Shown piece after piece: positions 1 to 9,485 of a stretch of DNA of 64,000 bases. The position numbers and the translations under genes are program-made. Positions within the stretch are counted from its first letter, which is position 1, and each line of letters begins with the position of its first letter. The stretch is from Eubacteriales bacterium. GTDB lineage: Bacteria; Bacillota; Clostridia; Oscillospirales; CAG-272. The stretch is taken from contig JAZNDW010000012.1 in assembly GCA_045588245.1 (NCBI GenBank), positions 95,434 to 159,433 on the forward strand. Direction: 5' to 3'. The notes below the pieces were generated by a model. The model was not told where the DNA came from. It was given only the letters and a program-made list of their open reading frames with translations, and did no database searches.

Positions 1-1
1 T

Positions 2-370
2 AAACTTACAGGAGCGAGCACGCTTGTATCGGGAGTTGAAAAGGTTATCGGTGAGATCGTATATAATCTTTGTGAAAACGCGATCAAGTATAATAAACCG
101 GGCGGAAGCGTGACGGTGAGTGCCGGGGAGGATGACGGAGGTAAGTTTATTTCCGTTGCCGATACGGGAATCGGTATTCCCGATGAAGAAAAAACAAGAA
201 TATTCGAACGCTTTTACCGTGTTGACAAGAGTCATTCAAATGTTGTTGACGGCACAGGACTCGGACTCTCTATCGTTAAACACGGAGCGATGATACATAA
301 CGCCTCAATCGAGCTTCAGTCAGAGGTCGGCGTTGGTACAACGGTAAAAGTAACGTTCCCGAAATCATAA
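2..370 (+). CDS. sensor histidine kinase, C-terminal ATPase domain (5' end lies outside the window)
   Basis: Frame is open from the window edge. It shows the HATPase_c motifs 'NLCENAIKYNKPGG' (N box), 'DTGIGIP' (G1) and 'GTGLGLSIV' (G2). Confidence 0.85.
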   Translation, partial: KLTGASTLVSGVEKVIGEIVYNLCENAIKYNKPGGSVTVSAGEDDGGKFISVADTGIGIPDEEKTRIFERFYRVDKSHSNVVDGTGLGLSIVKHGAMIHNASIELQSEVGVGTTVKVTFPKS

Positions 371-375
371 AACAA

Positions 376-407
376 AAACGTCCCGACAAAGTATCGGGAC
401 GTTTTTT
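376..407. terminator. intrinsic terminator between convergent genes
   Basis: Stem cgtcccga (379-386) pairs with tcgggacg (394-401). An A-run lies upstream and a T-run at 402-407. Confidence 0.75.
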
Positions 408-416
408 ATCAATCTG

Positions 417-1097
417 TTATTCCTGTTCTTCGTCGGTATTGCCGTCGACTTTTGTTTTCAGCCGCCGCATAGCACCGACAATATCGTGCTCACCAAAAAC
501 GGCGCTTCCCATTACGATAACGTTCGCGCCTGCGGACGTTAATACATCAATGTTGTCATACGTGATTCCGCCGTCTACTTCGATCTTGTAATCAGGAAGT
601 CCCAGCTTGTCCGTTTCTTTTCGTAAACGACGCACTTTTTCGATCGTTTCGGGCATGATCTTCTGTCCGCCGAAGCCCGGCTCAACCGTCATAACGAGAA
701 TCATATCTGCATTTTCGATGTAGGGTAAAACGGTATCAATAGGAGTTGACGGTTTGATCGCAAGGGAAGGCTTTGCTCCGCAAGCTTTGATCTTTGCCAA
801 CACTCTGTTCGGATCGTCAAGGCTTTCGATGTGAACGGTCAGGTAATCCGCACCCGATCGGCACGCTTCTTCAATATAGCGTTCGGGATCTATTATCATC
901 AGGTGAACGTCGAGAGGGGCGCTGAACTGCGCACTCAAAGATTTGATAACGGGGAATCCGATACTGATATTGGGAACGAATACTCCGTCCATGACGTCAA
1001 CGTGGATCATGTCGGCACCGCCTGCGCGGGCAGCGGCAACCTGTTCTCCCAAAGCTGTGAAATTAGCGGCGAGTATCGATGGAGATATGTAAGTCAT
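417..1097 (-). CDS. rpe: ribulose-phosphate 3-epimerase
   Basis: 226 aa. 'SPSILAANF...HVDVMDGVFVPNISIG' and 'MTVEPGFGGQ' are typical Rpe motifs. Confidence 0.93.
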   Translation of the reverse strand: MTYISPSILAANFTALGEQVAAARAGGADMIHVDVMDGVFVPNISIGFPVIKSLSAQFSAPLDVHLMIIDPERYIEEACRSGADYLTVHIESLDDPNRVLAKIKACGAKPSLAIKPSTPIDTVLPYIENADMILVMTVEPGFGGQKIMPETIEKVRRLRKETDKLGLPDYKIEVDGGITYDNIDVLTSAGANVIVMGSAVFGEHDIVGAMRRLKTKVDGNTDEEQE

Positions 1098-1340
1098 AAA
1101 TAAACCTCAATCAAATATTTTATATAAAAAAGAGGGAATAAAACGGATCGTGAAGTATGTTATCGGCAGTTAGCGTCAATATATTTGCCGCGCAGCCAAA
1201 GCGAAGCTGTGACACTAATTTATCCTTGCCATATTATATAATTGGGAAGAAAATCCCAAAAGGATAAAACACGCGCGGTGCTTGTAACGATTGATTGTAA
1301 AAACGAAGGAAGTGAAATATACGGTTATGAAAGCCGCGCT

Positions 1341-1814
1341 TTATATAGATTCGAGAAGGCAAACGGCGTGCGCGGCGATTCCAAGCCGCTCACCCGTGAA
1401 GCCGAGTCCTTCCTCTGTCGTTGCTTTTACGTTAACTTGATCAAGTGAAACGTCAAACACCTGCGCCAGACTTTCCTTGATCGCTTCAATATGAGGTGAA
1501 AGCTTCGGGATTTCGGCCACAACAGTGGAGTCAATGTTGACAATGCGGTACCCTTTATCTTTTATGAAAGAGAGAACGGCTCGCGACAGCTCCTTGCTAT
1601 CGGCTCCGCGGTAACGCTCGTCGCTCGGCGGAAAATAGTATCCGATATCGCGTAATCCTGCGGCACCAAGCAGAGCGTCCATGATCGCGTGAAGCAGTAC
1701 GTCCGCGTCGGAATGTCCTTTTAATCCGGCAGTTGACGGAATGTTGACGCCGCCCAAAAACAAGGGGCGCGATTCGTCAAATCGGTGTACGTCGTATCCG
1801 TGACCAATACGCAT
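1341..1814 (-). CDS. ispF: 2-C-methyl-D-erythritol 2,4-cyclodiphosphate synthase
   Basis: 'MRIGHGYDVHRF' and 'GHSDADVLLHAIMDALLGA' are present. I placed the start at the internal ATG at 1814, 5 nt after the ispD stop and behind an aaggataa RBS. The long ORF to 1916 overlaps ispD. Confidence 0.92.
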   Translation of the reverse strand: MRIGHGYDVHRFDESRPLFLGGVNIPSTAGLKGHSDADVLLHAIMDALLGAAGLRDIGYYFPPSDERYRGADSKELSRAVLSFIKDKGYRIVNIDSTVVAEIPKLSPHIEAIKESLAQVFDVSLDQVNVKATTEEGLGFTGERLGIAAHAVCLLESI

Positions 1815-1818
1815 GATG

Positions 1819-2712
1819 TTATCCTTTCTTTTCGGCGGCGGCTTCAGCTTTCCTGCGAGCGAGTATTTCGCGTGCGCGAGGAATATCTTCTTTGTAGGTG
1901 ATCTTGATGTTGTCACCGCCTATTTCAACGAGTTTAACAGGGAAGCCGGCGCGCTCTGCGAGCATACAATCGTCCGTAGCGGCAAAATATGCCTCTTTAG
2001 CGGTGTAAGCTGCAGCACGGTACAGGTCGGTCAAAAAGATCTGCGGAGTTGAAACAGCATACACGAAATCACGGTCGAGCGTGCGGTCAACGTATCCGTC
2101 GGAGGTTACGTACTTGACGGTGTCGGTCATCTTGTGAGCTGCGGCAGCGGCTCTGTCGATCTTGGCTGAACGGAACACGGAATCAATTATATCCGTCGTA
2201 ACAAGGCAGCGTGCCGCATCGTGAATGGCAACGTACTTCATCTTCGGATCGATCGCCTCGAAGCCGCGAAGTGCAGACTCCTGACGTGTAGCGCCGCCTG
2301 AAATAACGCGACGCAATTTTTTGAATTTGTATTCAGAAACAACGGCGGCGACAGCGGCGACCTCTTCTTTTTTTACAACGAGAATGATCTCACCAACATG
2401 AGGCGAAGCCTCAAATACGGAAAGCGTTCGGATGTAAACGGGAATACCGTCGAGCTTGTATGCGATTTTATTGCCGCCAAAGCGTTCGGATGCACCTGCC
2501 GCCAAAATTATTGCGGAAAGAGGGCCTTTTTTCTTAAATAAGCTGTCGGGGCGTATGAAATTTATCTTCAACTTCGTGTACCGTCTATATAAAAATATTA
2601 TTGTTTCAGTCGTGTCCGATCGTTTTTTGCGAAAAAATATCAATCGGAAAACAACGGGATGTAACCTTACAAGATATATTATAACATAGTAAAATCTTTT
2701 TGTCACTAACAT
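1819..2712 (-). CDS. ispD: 2-C-methyl-D-erythritol 4-phosphate cytidylyltransferase (start uncertain)
   Basis: 'AIILAAGASERFG' P-loop-like motif and IspD-like body. The ~60 N-terminal residues of the maximal ORF look non-native, so the true start is probably downstream (for example the in-frame TTG at 2571). Confidence 0.85.
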   Translation of the reverse strand: MLVTKRFYYVIIYLVRLHPVVFRLIFFRKKRSDTTETIIFLYRRYTKLKINFIRPDSLFKKKGPLSAIILAAGASERFGGNKIAYKLDGIPVYIRTLSVFEASPHVGEIILVVKKEEVAAVAAVVSEYKFKKLRRVISGGATRQESALRGFEAIDPKMKYVAIHDAARCLVTTDIIDSVFRSAKIDRAAAAAHKMTDTVKYVTSDGYVDRTLDRDFVYAVSTPQIFLTDLYRAAAYTAKEAYFAATDDCMLAERAGFPVKLVEIGGDNIKITYKEDIPRAREILARRKAEAAAEKKG

Positions 2713-2806
2713 TACAATGATTTGCGTACAAATTATTTTCTTGACGACTTGATGATATGACGATGATGTGATAAAATATAGTAAATTTTATTATTCGGAG
2801 ATTATT

Positions 2807-4240
2807 ATGGGATATATTATCACAAACAGAACGCCGTCAGCACTTTATCGCTATTTTGAGGATATTTGTGCGATACCTCACGGCTCGGGAAACGAATCAC
2901 AGATCGCTGATTATATAGAAGCGTTTGCGCACGCACGCGGACTTTACGTATACCGCGACAAAAACAATAACGTTTTGGTGCGCCGTCCTGCGTCTGTTGG
3001 ATATGAATCGAATCCGCCAATCGTTTTGCAGGGGCATATAGATATGGTTTGCGAGGGCGAAGTCGAATGCGGAATTGACTTTGAGCGTGACGGACTTAAG
3101 CTTCGCTTGGTCGATAATCTGCTTATGGCGACCGGCACGACGCTCGGCGCAGACGACGGCGTAGCCGTTGCGATCATGTTAGCTCTTCTTGACGAGCCCG
3201 AGCTTAAATCGCCCACGGTAGAATGTCTGTTTACAACGGAAGAAGAAACCGGGCTGACGGGAGCTGCCAATTTCGATTATTCAAAGCTCACGGCGCGCCG
3301 TATGATCAATCTTGATACGGGCGGCGAGGTCATCATTGTCTCTTGTGCTGGCGGTATGCGCACGCGTATCATGTCGCGGGTAGATACAGAGCCTTACAGT
3401 GGAAACGCGCTTACGATCGAAATTTCGGGGCTCGCAGGCGGTCATTCGGGTGTCGATATCCATTTGGGTCTCGGAAATGCAAATTTGTTCCTTCTGGAGC
3501 TTGTCGAAGCGATATGCGACGTTACAGAAGCTTCGATAATAGATATTCACGGAGGCAGCAAGGATAACGCAATACCGAGCCGCTGCCGCGTGACTTTGGC
3601 AGTTGCGGATACGGACGCGGCTGTTGCCGCAATTGCGGCAAAGGAAGCTGAGATAAGAGATCGGCTCGTTGATGCCGACAAGGGGATGAAAGTTACCGTT
3701 TGCCCGTGCAGTTATAACGGAAACGCTCCTGCAACGGAATTTACGGAAAAGCTGATAAGTATGACAAAGGAGCTTCCTATCGGAATAATCAGCTACAATA
3801 GCGAGATCGGAATGGTAGAAACGTCAGCGAATTACGCTATTATTGACGTTGCGGACGGTCAGTTCTGCCTGCACTTGTCATCACGTTCATCGATTTCCTC
3901 GGCGCTTGATGAGGTTGGCGAAAAGCTTGAAACTGTTGCGAAAAAATACGGGTTTACGGCGAAAACGGATTCACGGTATGAAGGGTGGGCTTATGAAGCA
4001 AACACGCCGATAAGAGACGCTTATATAGAAACATATAAAGCTTTGACAGGGAAGGATATACCCGTTATGGGGATTCACGCGGGGCTTGAATGCGGTATTA
4101 TCAAGTTAGCAGTTCCCGATATGGATATTATAGCGACAGGCGCGATAACGATAGGTGAGCATACGACGAAAGAGGCGCTCGACCTTGATTCGTTCGGCCG
4201 TGTATACGGTATCGTAAAACAAATGATAGAGCAACTGTAA
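2807..4240 (+). CDS. pepD: aminoacyl-histidine dipeptidase (M20 family, PepD-like)
   Basis: 'FEDICAIPHGSGNE' and 'LQGHIDMV' are PepD-like motifs. The ATG at 2807 follows ggag by 7 nt, whereas the GTG at 2768 has no RBS. Confidence 0.85.
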   Translation: MGYIITNRTPSALYRYFEDICAIPHGSGNESQIADYIEAFAHARGLYVYRDKNNNVLVRRPASVGYESNPPIVLQGHIDMVCEGEVECGIDFERDGLKLRLVDNLLMATGTTLGADDGVAVAIMLALLDEPELKSPTVECLFTTEEETGLTGAANFDYSKLTARRMINLDTGGEVIIVSCAGGMRTRIMSRVDTEPYSGNALTIEISGLAGGHSGVDIHLGLGNANLFLLELVEAICDVTEASIIDIHGGSKDNAIPSRCRVTLAVADTDAAVAAIAAKEAEIRDRLVDADKGMKVTVCPCSYNGNAPATEFTEKLISMTKELPIGIISYNSEIGMVETSANYAIIDVADGQFCLHLSSRSSISSALDEVGEKLETVAKKYGFTAKTDSRYEGWAYEANTPIRDAYIETYKALTGKDIPVMGIHAGLECGIIKLAVPDMDIIATGAITIGEHTTKEALDLDSFGRVYGIVKQMIEQL

Positions 4241-4241
4241 T

Positions 4242-4273
4242 AAAAAAGCGAAGCCTTTGGGCTTCGCTTTTTT
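4242..4273. terminator. bidirectional intrinsic terminator
   Basis: Stem gcgaagcc (4248-4255) pairs with ggcttcgc (4260-4267), flanked by an A-run and a T-run. Confidence 0.8.
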
Positions 4274-4907
4274 ACACAATATAATATCCGTGTGAACGTT
4301 TCGATTTTATTATCGGTGCGCCATAAAATTCTTTGGATCTTTTGTTTATGGAGTTTACAAAAACGGGGATTGACGTCGCCGATACGGCAAGCACATTGGC
4401 AAGTGTGGCGGCAGTAACGCAAGTTTGCGATAAAGCAAGATAGTGAAAGAGCGCGGCTTCTGTTTCTGTCAAATAAAGACGTGTTCCATGATATACTACG
4501 TAAGATTCATCGTATAAGTGAGTCGTGATCTCTTGTGATTGAACAGTGAAAACATTCACGCAAGAGTGTTCGGCTATTGTGTTTAATATACAGTTGTCAA
4601 ATATTGCGTATGCATAACATCTGCCGTTGTCGAACTTATATCGTTCGGCAACCTCATCCGTGCTAAAAATGATCGTTGGCAACAGCGGGAAGGACTTACG
4701 TATAGCGATGATTAGTGCCATGGCAGAAGAGCTGTATTTATCCGAGCAAAGAATTATAATGTCGGTCTTTTCAAGACAACGTCGGGCTTCATCAAAGGAT
4801 AAAATCGAGGTGAAAACGCCGCGGCAGGCAAGTCGCTTTTTCAAAGAGAAAGCTTTGTTTGGATTATCCGTTGCGATAACGATCTTTGGATAAATATCAA
4901 GTAACAT
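4272..4907 (-). CDS. OmpR/PhoB-type winged-helix regulator with a degenerate receiver-like N-terminal domain
   Basis: The C-terminus 'LTETEAALFHYLA...SKRSHGYYIV' resembles trans_reg_C. The N-terminus resembles a receiver but seems to lack the canonical acidic pocket. An alternative start at 4961 would overlap the upstream gene by 38 nt. Confidence 0.6.
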   Translation of the reverse strand: MLLDIYPKIVIATDNPNKAFSLKKRLACRGVFTSILSFDEARRCLEKTDIIILCSDKYSSSAMALIIAIRKSFPLLPTIIFSTDEVAERYKFDNGRCYAYAIFDNCILNTIAEHSCVNVFTVQSQEITTHLYDESYVVYHGTRLYLTETEAALFHYLALSQTCVTAATLANVLAVSATSIPVFVNSINKRSKEFYGAPIIKSKRSHGYYIV

Positions 4908-4923
4908 TTTGCTGTGAACACCG

Positions 4924-6201
4924 TCAAACAGAAAGTTTAATTGCAGACAAAACTTTGGCAAGTGTGAGCCTGTTTCTTACAAAAGGTGAATAAATAAGCG
5001 ATTTTGAGACAAAATCGGCACTGTCGGGAACACCGATTTCGTCAAGCTTCACAGGAGCGTTTGCCGCTGTGAGAATCGACGAAACCAGCTCTGCGGACGG
5101 GAGCTCATCTATCATATTTTTTATCTTTTCTGCATTTTCACCCCATGCACAAACGTCTAATTTGGCAAGTGCGGAAGAAGACGAGCTGCCGTTGGGAAGA
5201 TTTTCGGAAAGGATACCGTCGGCAAGATTGCCGAATACTTCTGCCATGGAGGTCTTGTCAAATACACGGCTTACGTCGATATGTAATCCGCCGTCAATAA
5301 CGTTGCGGCTCTTTTTCAAATAATCAAGAATATATATCGTGCCGACACCGACCTTTTCGCCGTGAAGTGCATCGGTTTCATCGTTTATAACGTGCATTTC
5401 CCAAAGGTGGGACATGTGATGCTCCGAGCCGGACGCAGGACGTGAGTTACCCTGAAGCTGCATCGCAAGTCCTGACAGTATAAGTCCGTTCATTACCTTT
5501 TCGGCAAAAGCGGGACTGTTCGCACCGTCAACGGTCACAGCTGACATGATTACGTCAAGCGCATTTTTCATTAAAGCGTAGATTTCGGGACATAACTCTT
5601 CGCCCAAAAGCAGATTTGCTATCTGCCAATCGAAGAGAGCCGTGATCTTTCCTATCATATCACCGACGCCCGATGCGGTAAGGCGCATCGGCGCTTTTGT
5701 GTAAACTTTAGGATCGGCAAATAGCGCAACAGGAGAAGCTGACGGATATGTTAATTTCTGTCCGTACATTGTCATAGCGGCGACTCCCGAAACGAAGCCG
5801 TCAACACTTGCGGCTGTCGGATATGAAACGAACGGAATGTGAAGCTCGTACGCGCAGTAGCGTGAAATATCATGTATCGACCCCGAACCGCACGCAATAA
5901 TAACGGACGGTGTTTGGGGAAGTGACTTTATGTATGTGGAAAGACGTGCAGTTTCTATCTCGTTTGCGTGAGCGTTGCCGCTATGAACGAATATGTATGC
6001 TCCGAGCATATCTACGATGGGCAGAGTATAGCGGTGCGTGTTTTCGTCGCAAACGACGAGCGGATTGTCGCTGAAGTTTGATTTTATGTAGTCGATCAGT
6101 TTTTTCGTGGCGCTGTTGCCCGAAACGATCACGTCGGTCGATAGTTTGTGCGGTTTGCCACAGCTGCAGTTTGTAGTCAGATTTTTGACGGTAGCGAGCA
6201 T
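4924..6201 (-). CDS. glycerol-1-phosphate dehydrogenase-like protein (AraM/EgsA group of iron-containing alcohol dehydrogenases)
   Basis: 425 aa. 'CGSGSIHDISRY' is a nucleotide-binding loop and 'SGSEHHMSHLWEMH' is a metal-binding His cluster typical of AraM-type enzymes. Confidence 0.65.
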   Translation of the reverse strand: MLATVKNLTTNCSCGKPHKLSTDVIVSGNSATKKLIDYIKSNFSDNPLVVCDENTHRYTLPIVDMLGAYIFVHSGNAHANEIETARLSTYIKSLPQTPSVIIACGSGSIHDISRYCAYELHIPFVSYPTAASVDGFVSGVAAMTMYGQKLTYPSASPVALFADPKVYTKAPMRLTASGVGDMIGKITALFDWQIANLLLGEELCPEIYALMKNALDVIMSAVTVDGANSPAFAEKVMNGLILSGLAMQLQGNSRPASGSEHHMSHLWEMHVINDETDALHGEKVGVGTIYILDYLKKSRNVIDGGLHIDVSRVFDKTSMAEVFGNLADGILSENLPNGSSSSSALAKLDVCAWGENAEKIKNMIDELPSAELVSSILTAANAPVKLDEIGVPDSADFVSKSLIYSPFVRNRLTLAKVLSAIKLSV

Positions 6202-6313
6202 TATTTATAACTCCTTAAATAATATTGTGTATGTGGATCACGCGCCGACGTGTCATAAAACGAGCGGCGCGAAAATATAAATGTAACAAAAACGAGATTC
6301 GGGGGATATGAGT

Positions 6314-6829
6314 ATGTTCGTTTACGCCGTACATGGCAATACAATCAAATTTTTCAGCATCATAGGCGTTGCTTTTCTGACCTTGGTTCTGATAATCACA
6401 CTCGTGCCGAACAGCACAGCCGCACAAAGCGGTCAGAACGTTAGCGTTGATCTTACAGATAAAGAGGCGGATGCTGTTATAGAAGCTGTCAGCTTCGAAA
6501 AAATAAAGACGAATGAAGATCGCATCGCACTATTGAAAAGCTATGGCTGGGAAGTGGAAGCCACTCCCGTTGAAGAAGCAGAGATAACGATTCCCGCCGA
6601 GTTTGACCGAGTTATGGACACGTACAATTCGATCCAGAAGTCACAAGGATTTGATCTTGGAAAATTCAAGAACCGCAGTATGATGCGATACACGTACCGC
6701 ATCACTAACTATCCGAACTATGAGGGCACGGTTTACGCAAATCTGCTCATTTACAAGAACCGCGTAGTCGCCGCGGATATATGTTCATCTGACGTGAACG
6801 GATTTATCCTCGGACTTTCGGGGAAATAA
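6314..6829 (+). CDS. DUF4830 domain-containing membrane-anchored protein
   Basis: N-terminal TM helix plus 'LLKSYGWEV...IPAEFDRVMDTYNSIQKSQGFDL'. The ATG at 6314 lies 7 nt after ggggga. The ATG at 6308 is an alternative. Confidence 0.7.
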   Translation: MFVYAVHGNTIKFFSIIGVAFLTLVLIITLVPNSTAAQSGQNVSVDLTDKEADAVIEAVSFEKIKTNEDRIALLKSYGWEVEATPVEEAEITIPAEFDRVMDTYNSIQKSQGFDLGKFKNRSMMRYTYRITNYPNYEGTVYANLLIYKNRVVAADICSSDVNGFILGLSGK

Positions 6830-6926
6830 CGTGCCGATACATTTAACATTATATTATTTCCAAAGGAAAAAATCAATATTTTGTTTATCTGTCATTGAAA
6901 AGCACAAAAAAATAGGATATACTGTA

Positions 6927-6958
6927 ATGCGGGGCGAGATGCCCCGCATCGTTTTGTT
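6927..6958 (+). terminator. intrinsic terminator after the DUF4830 gene
   Basis: Stem atgcggggc (6927-6935) pairs with gccccgcat (6941-6949), followed by cgttttgtt. A TTGAAA-17-TATACT promoter-like element (6895-6923) lies immediately upstream. Confidence 0.65.
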
Positions 6959-6975
6959 ATTACGGAGAATTTTAC

Positions 6976-8127
6976 ATGAGATATAATTACGTTGCTACGT
7001 GCTTATTCGGGCTTGAGCATTCGCTCGGCGCCGAGATCGACTCTTTCGGTTTCAAGAGAACGGAAACTATCGACGGCAGAGTATATTTTGAAGGCGACGA
7101 AAGCGCCGTTGCTGTTGCAAACATCCGCTCACGCTATGCTGAGAGAATACTTTTTCACGTAGGATCATTTAACGCATATTCGTTTAATGATTTATACGAG
7201 GGGACAAAGTCCTTGCGTTGGGAGCGGTTTATAGGAAAAACTGACAGATTCCCCGTGAAAGGGCACGCCATTAAAAGCACGCTTTATTCTGTACCCGACT
7301 GTCAGCGTATCATAAATAAAGCCGTGGCGGACAGGCTTATGTCGGCGCACAAAACGTCGGTGCTCCCCGAAACGGGAACGCTTTATCAGATCGAATTTTT
7401 TATATTCAAAGACAGAGCAGATCTGATGATCGATACGACGGGCGCAACACTTCACAAGCGCGGCTACCGCCCCGAATCAAACGAAGCGCCGCTGCGTGAA
7501 ACGCTTGCGGCGGAGCTTGTGAATATTTCACATCCGCGTGAGGACGTTCTTTTCTGGGATCCCATGTGCGGATCGGGAACTATCGCTATCGAAGCGGCGA
7601 TGAGAATGCAGAACCGCGCACCCGGACTGAAACGCAGATTTGCTGCAGAACGTTTTCCGTACATTGACAAAAAGGTTTGGTCACTCGCACGAGAAGAAGC
7701 AAACGATATGATAATCAAAACACCGTTTGAGGTTTACGCCTCCGATATAGACGAAAAATGCGTCGAGCTCACACGCGCAAACGTATTTCGCGCAGGCGTT
7801 GCCGATAACGTCAAGGTGTTCAGGCGCAACGCACTTGAAATCAAAACGGAAGGCCGCCGCGGAACCGTAGTTTGTAATCCGCCGTACGGCGAGCGTCTTT
7901 TGACGGTATCGGAGGCAGAAGAGCTTTACCGTAAAATGGGCGAGCATTTCCGCAAGCTTGATTCATGGCAGATATATATCATTTCGTCAAGCGAAGAGTT
8001 TCAGCGGCTGTACGGTGCACGCGCAGATAAAGTCAAAAAGCTCTATAACGGCATGATTCCGTGCTATTATTATCAGTATTTCAAAAGAAAAACTGATGCT
8101 CCGAATAAGAGAAACAATAAAAAATAA
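6976..8127 (+). CDS. THUMP-domain class I SAM-dependent RNA methyltransferase (RlmL/YpsC-like)
   Basis: 383 aa. 'DPMCGSGTI' is a SAM-binding motif and 'NPPYGERL' a catalytic motif. Confidence 0.85.
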   Translation: MRYNYVATCLFGLEHSLGAEIDSFGFKRTETIDGRVYFEGDESAVAVANIRSRYAERILFHVGSFNAYSFNDLYEGTKSLRWERFIGKTDRFPVKGHAIKSTLYSVPDCQRIINKAVADRLMSAHKTSVLPETGTLYQIEFFIFKDRADLMIDTTGATLHKRGYRPESNEAPLRETLAAELVNISHPREDVLFWDPMCGSGTIAIEAAMRMQNRAPGLKRRFAAERFPYIDKKVWSLAREEANDMIIKTPFEVYASDIDEKCVELTRANVFRAGVADNVKVFRRNALEIKTEGRRGTVVCNPPYGERLLTVSEAEELYRKMGEHFRKLDSWQIYIISSSEEFQRLYGARADKVKKLYNGMIPCYYYQYFKRKTDAPNKRNNKK

Positions 8128-8136
8128 GGACCGACT

Positions 8137-9420
8137 ATGGATGTAACTTACAAGCGAACAAAACCTTACGATACAACGAAAACACCAAGGCGTCAGAATT
8201 GGTTCTGGATGGGACTGATCTATATTCTTTCGTTTTTTGCTCTCCTCGGAAAGAAGCACAAGCTTGAAAAGATCAATATGGATGGGGTTAAGCCGCCGTA
8301 TCTGCTTTTATCGAATCATATGTGCTTTATCGACTTCGAGCTTGCAGCAAAGCTTACGTTCCCTCACGGTGTAAATAACGTCGTCAATATCGACGGATAT
8401 TACCGCCGCCCGTGGCTCATGGAGCTTATCGGATGCGTCTGCACGCGGAAGTTTACAACTGATATGCCGCTCGTACGGAATATATATAAAGTCTTAAAGC
8501 GTGGCGATATACTTTGCCTTTATCCTGAAGCGCGGTATTCGCCAATAGGAACCACCGCGTTTTTACCCGGTACGCTCGGCTCGCTCGTTAAGCGTGCAAA
8601 AGTGCCGCTCGTCGTCATCAAGCATCACGGTAATTATCTTTACGCACCGTTCTGGAACTTCCGCCGTAAACGCAAAGTTCCGCTTTATACGACGATGACA
8701 CAGGTGCTGACAAAAGAAGAAGTTGAAAAAATGTCGCCCGACGAAATAAACGACGTTATCAAAGAAGCGATGCAGTATGACGAGTATAAATATCAGAAAG
8801 ATAACGGTATTATGATAACGGAGCCGTACCGTGCGGAAGGACTTCACAAGGTGCTTTATAAGTGCCCGAACTGTAAGACCGAATCGAAAATGTCTTCTTC
8901 CGGTGCAGAGCTTTTCTGCACCGAATGCGGCAAACGCTGGCGACTCAACGAAGACGGTACGCTTTCGGCTTTATCGGGTGAGACCGAATTTGATCACGTG
9001 CCTGATTGGTTTGAATGGGAGCGCAGTGAGGTGCGCAGAGAGATCGAACGCGGAGAGTATTCATATACGGATACAGTTGAAATATATTCTCAGCCGCATT
9101 GTTGGCGCTTCCACAAGCTCGGCACAGCGAAGGTAACGCACGATCTTGAGTCGGGTTTTGTCATTGAGGGCGAGCATAACGGTAAGCCCTATCGTATACA
9201 GCGTCCGCCCGAAGGAATGGACAGCTTGCACATTGAATACGATCATCACCGCATCAAGCCGCTCGACTGCTATATTGTGTCAACGCCTAACGATTCGTTT
9301 AATTGTTATCCGTCATTTGACAATATCGTAACGAAGCTCGGACTTGCAACGGAAGAGCTTCATAAGGTCAAGCGTCAGATGATCAAAAATGAAAGGGAAG
9401 CGTCAAAAGCGAAGCTTTGA
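8137..9420 (+). CDS. lysophospholipid (1-acyl-glycerol-3-phosphate) acyltransferase family protein with an internal zinc ribbon
   Basis: 'NHMCFIDF' is the HX4D acyltransferase motif. 'CPNC...CTEC' is a Cys4 ribbon. Confidence 0.75.
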   Translation: MDVTYKRTKPYDTTKTPRRQNWFWMGLIYILSFFALLGKKHKLEKINMDGVKPPYLLLSNHMCFIDFELAAKLTFPHGVNNVVNIDGYYRRPWLMELIGCVCTRKFTTDMPLVRNIYKVLKRGDILCLYPEARYSPIGTTAFLPGTLGSLVKRAKVPLVVIKHHGNYLYAPFWNFRRKRKVPLYTTMTQVLTKEEVEKMSPDEINDVIKEAMQYDEYKYQKDNGIMITEPYRAEGLHKVLYKCPNCKTESKMSSSGAELFCTECGKRWRLNEDGTLSALSGETEFDHVPDWFEWERSEVRREIERGEYSYTDTVEIYSQPHCWRFHKLGTAKVTHDLESGFVIEGEHNGKPYRIQRPPEGMDSLHIEYDHHRIKPLDCYIVSTPNDSFNCYPSFDNIVTKLGLATEELHKVKRQMIKNEREASKAKL

Positions 9421-9443
9421 CGTACTCACTGAAACAGGAATAC

Positions 9444-9485
9444 AGCACCCCTGACAGAGCATAGATGCGTCGGGGGTGCTTTATT
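9444..9485 (+). terminator. intrinsic terminator
   Basis: 12-bp stem agcaccccTgac (9444-9455) pairs with gtcgggggtgct (9469-9480), followed by ttattt. Confidence 0.7.

Noticed and set aside
1242-1448. 68-aa ORF on the plus strand in the ispF-rpe spacer
   Set aside because: It overlaps the ispF 3' end in antisense and has no RBS. I saw no convincing RNA structure in the 243-nt spacer (1098-1340) either.
2572-2712. N-terminal ~47-residue extension of the ispD maximal ORF
   Set aside because: The residues ('MLVTKRFYYVIIYLVRLHPVVF...') do not resemble IspD or a signal sequence, and this is probably untranslated leader. I kept the maximal coordinates only because no unambiguous alternative start with an RBS is visible.
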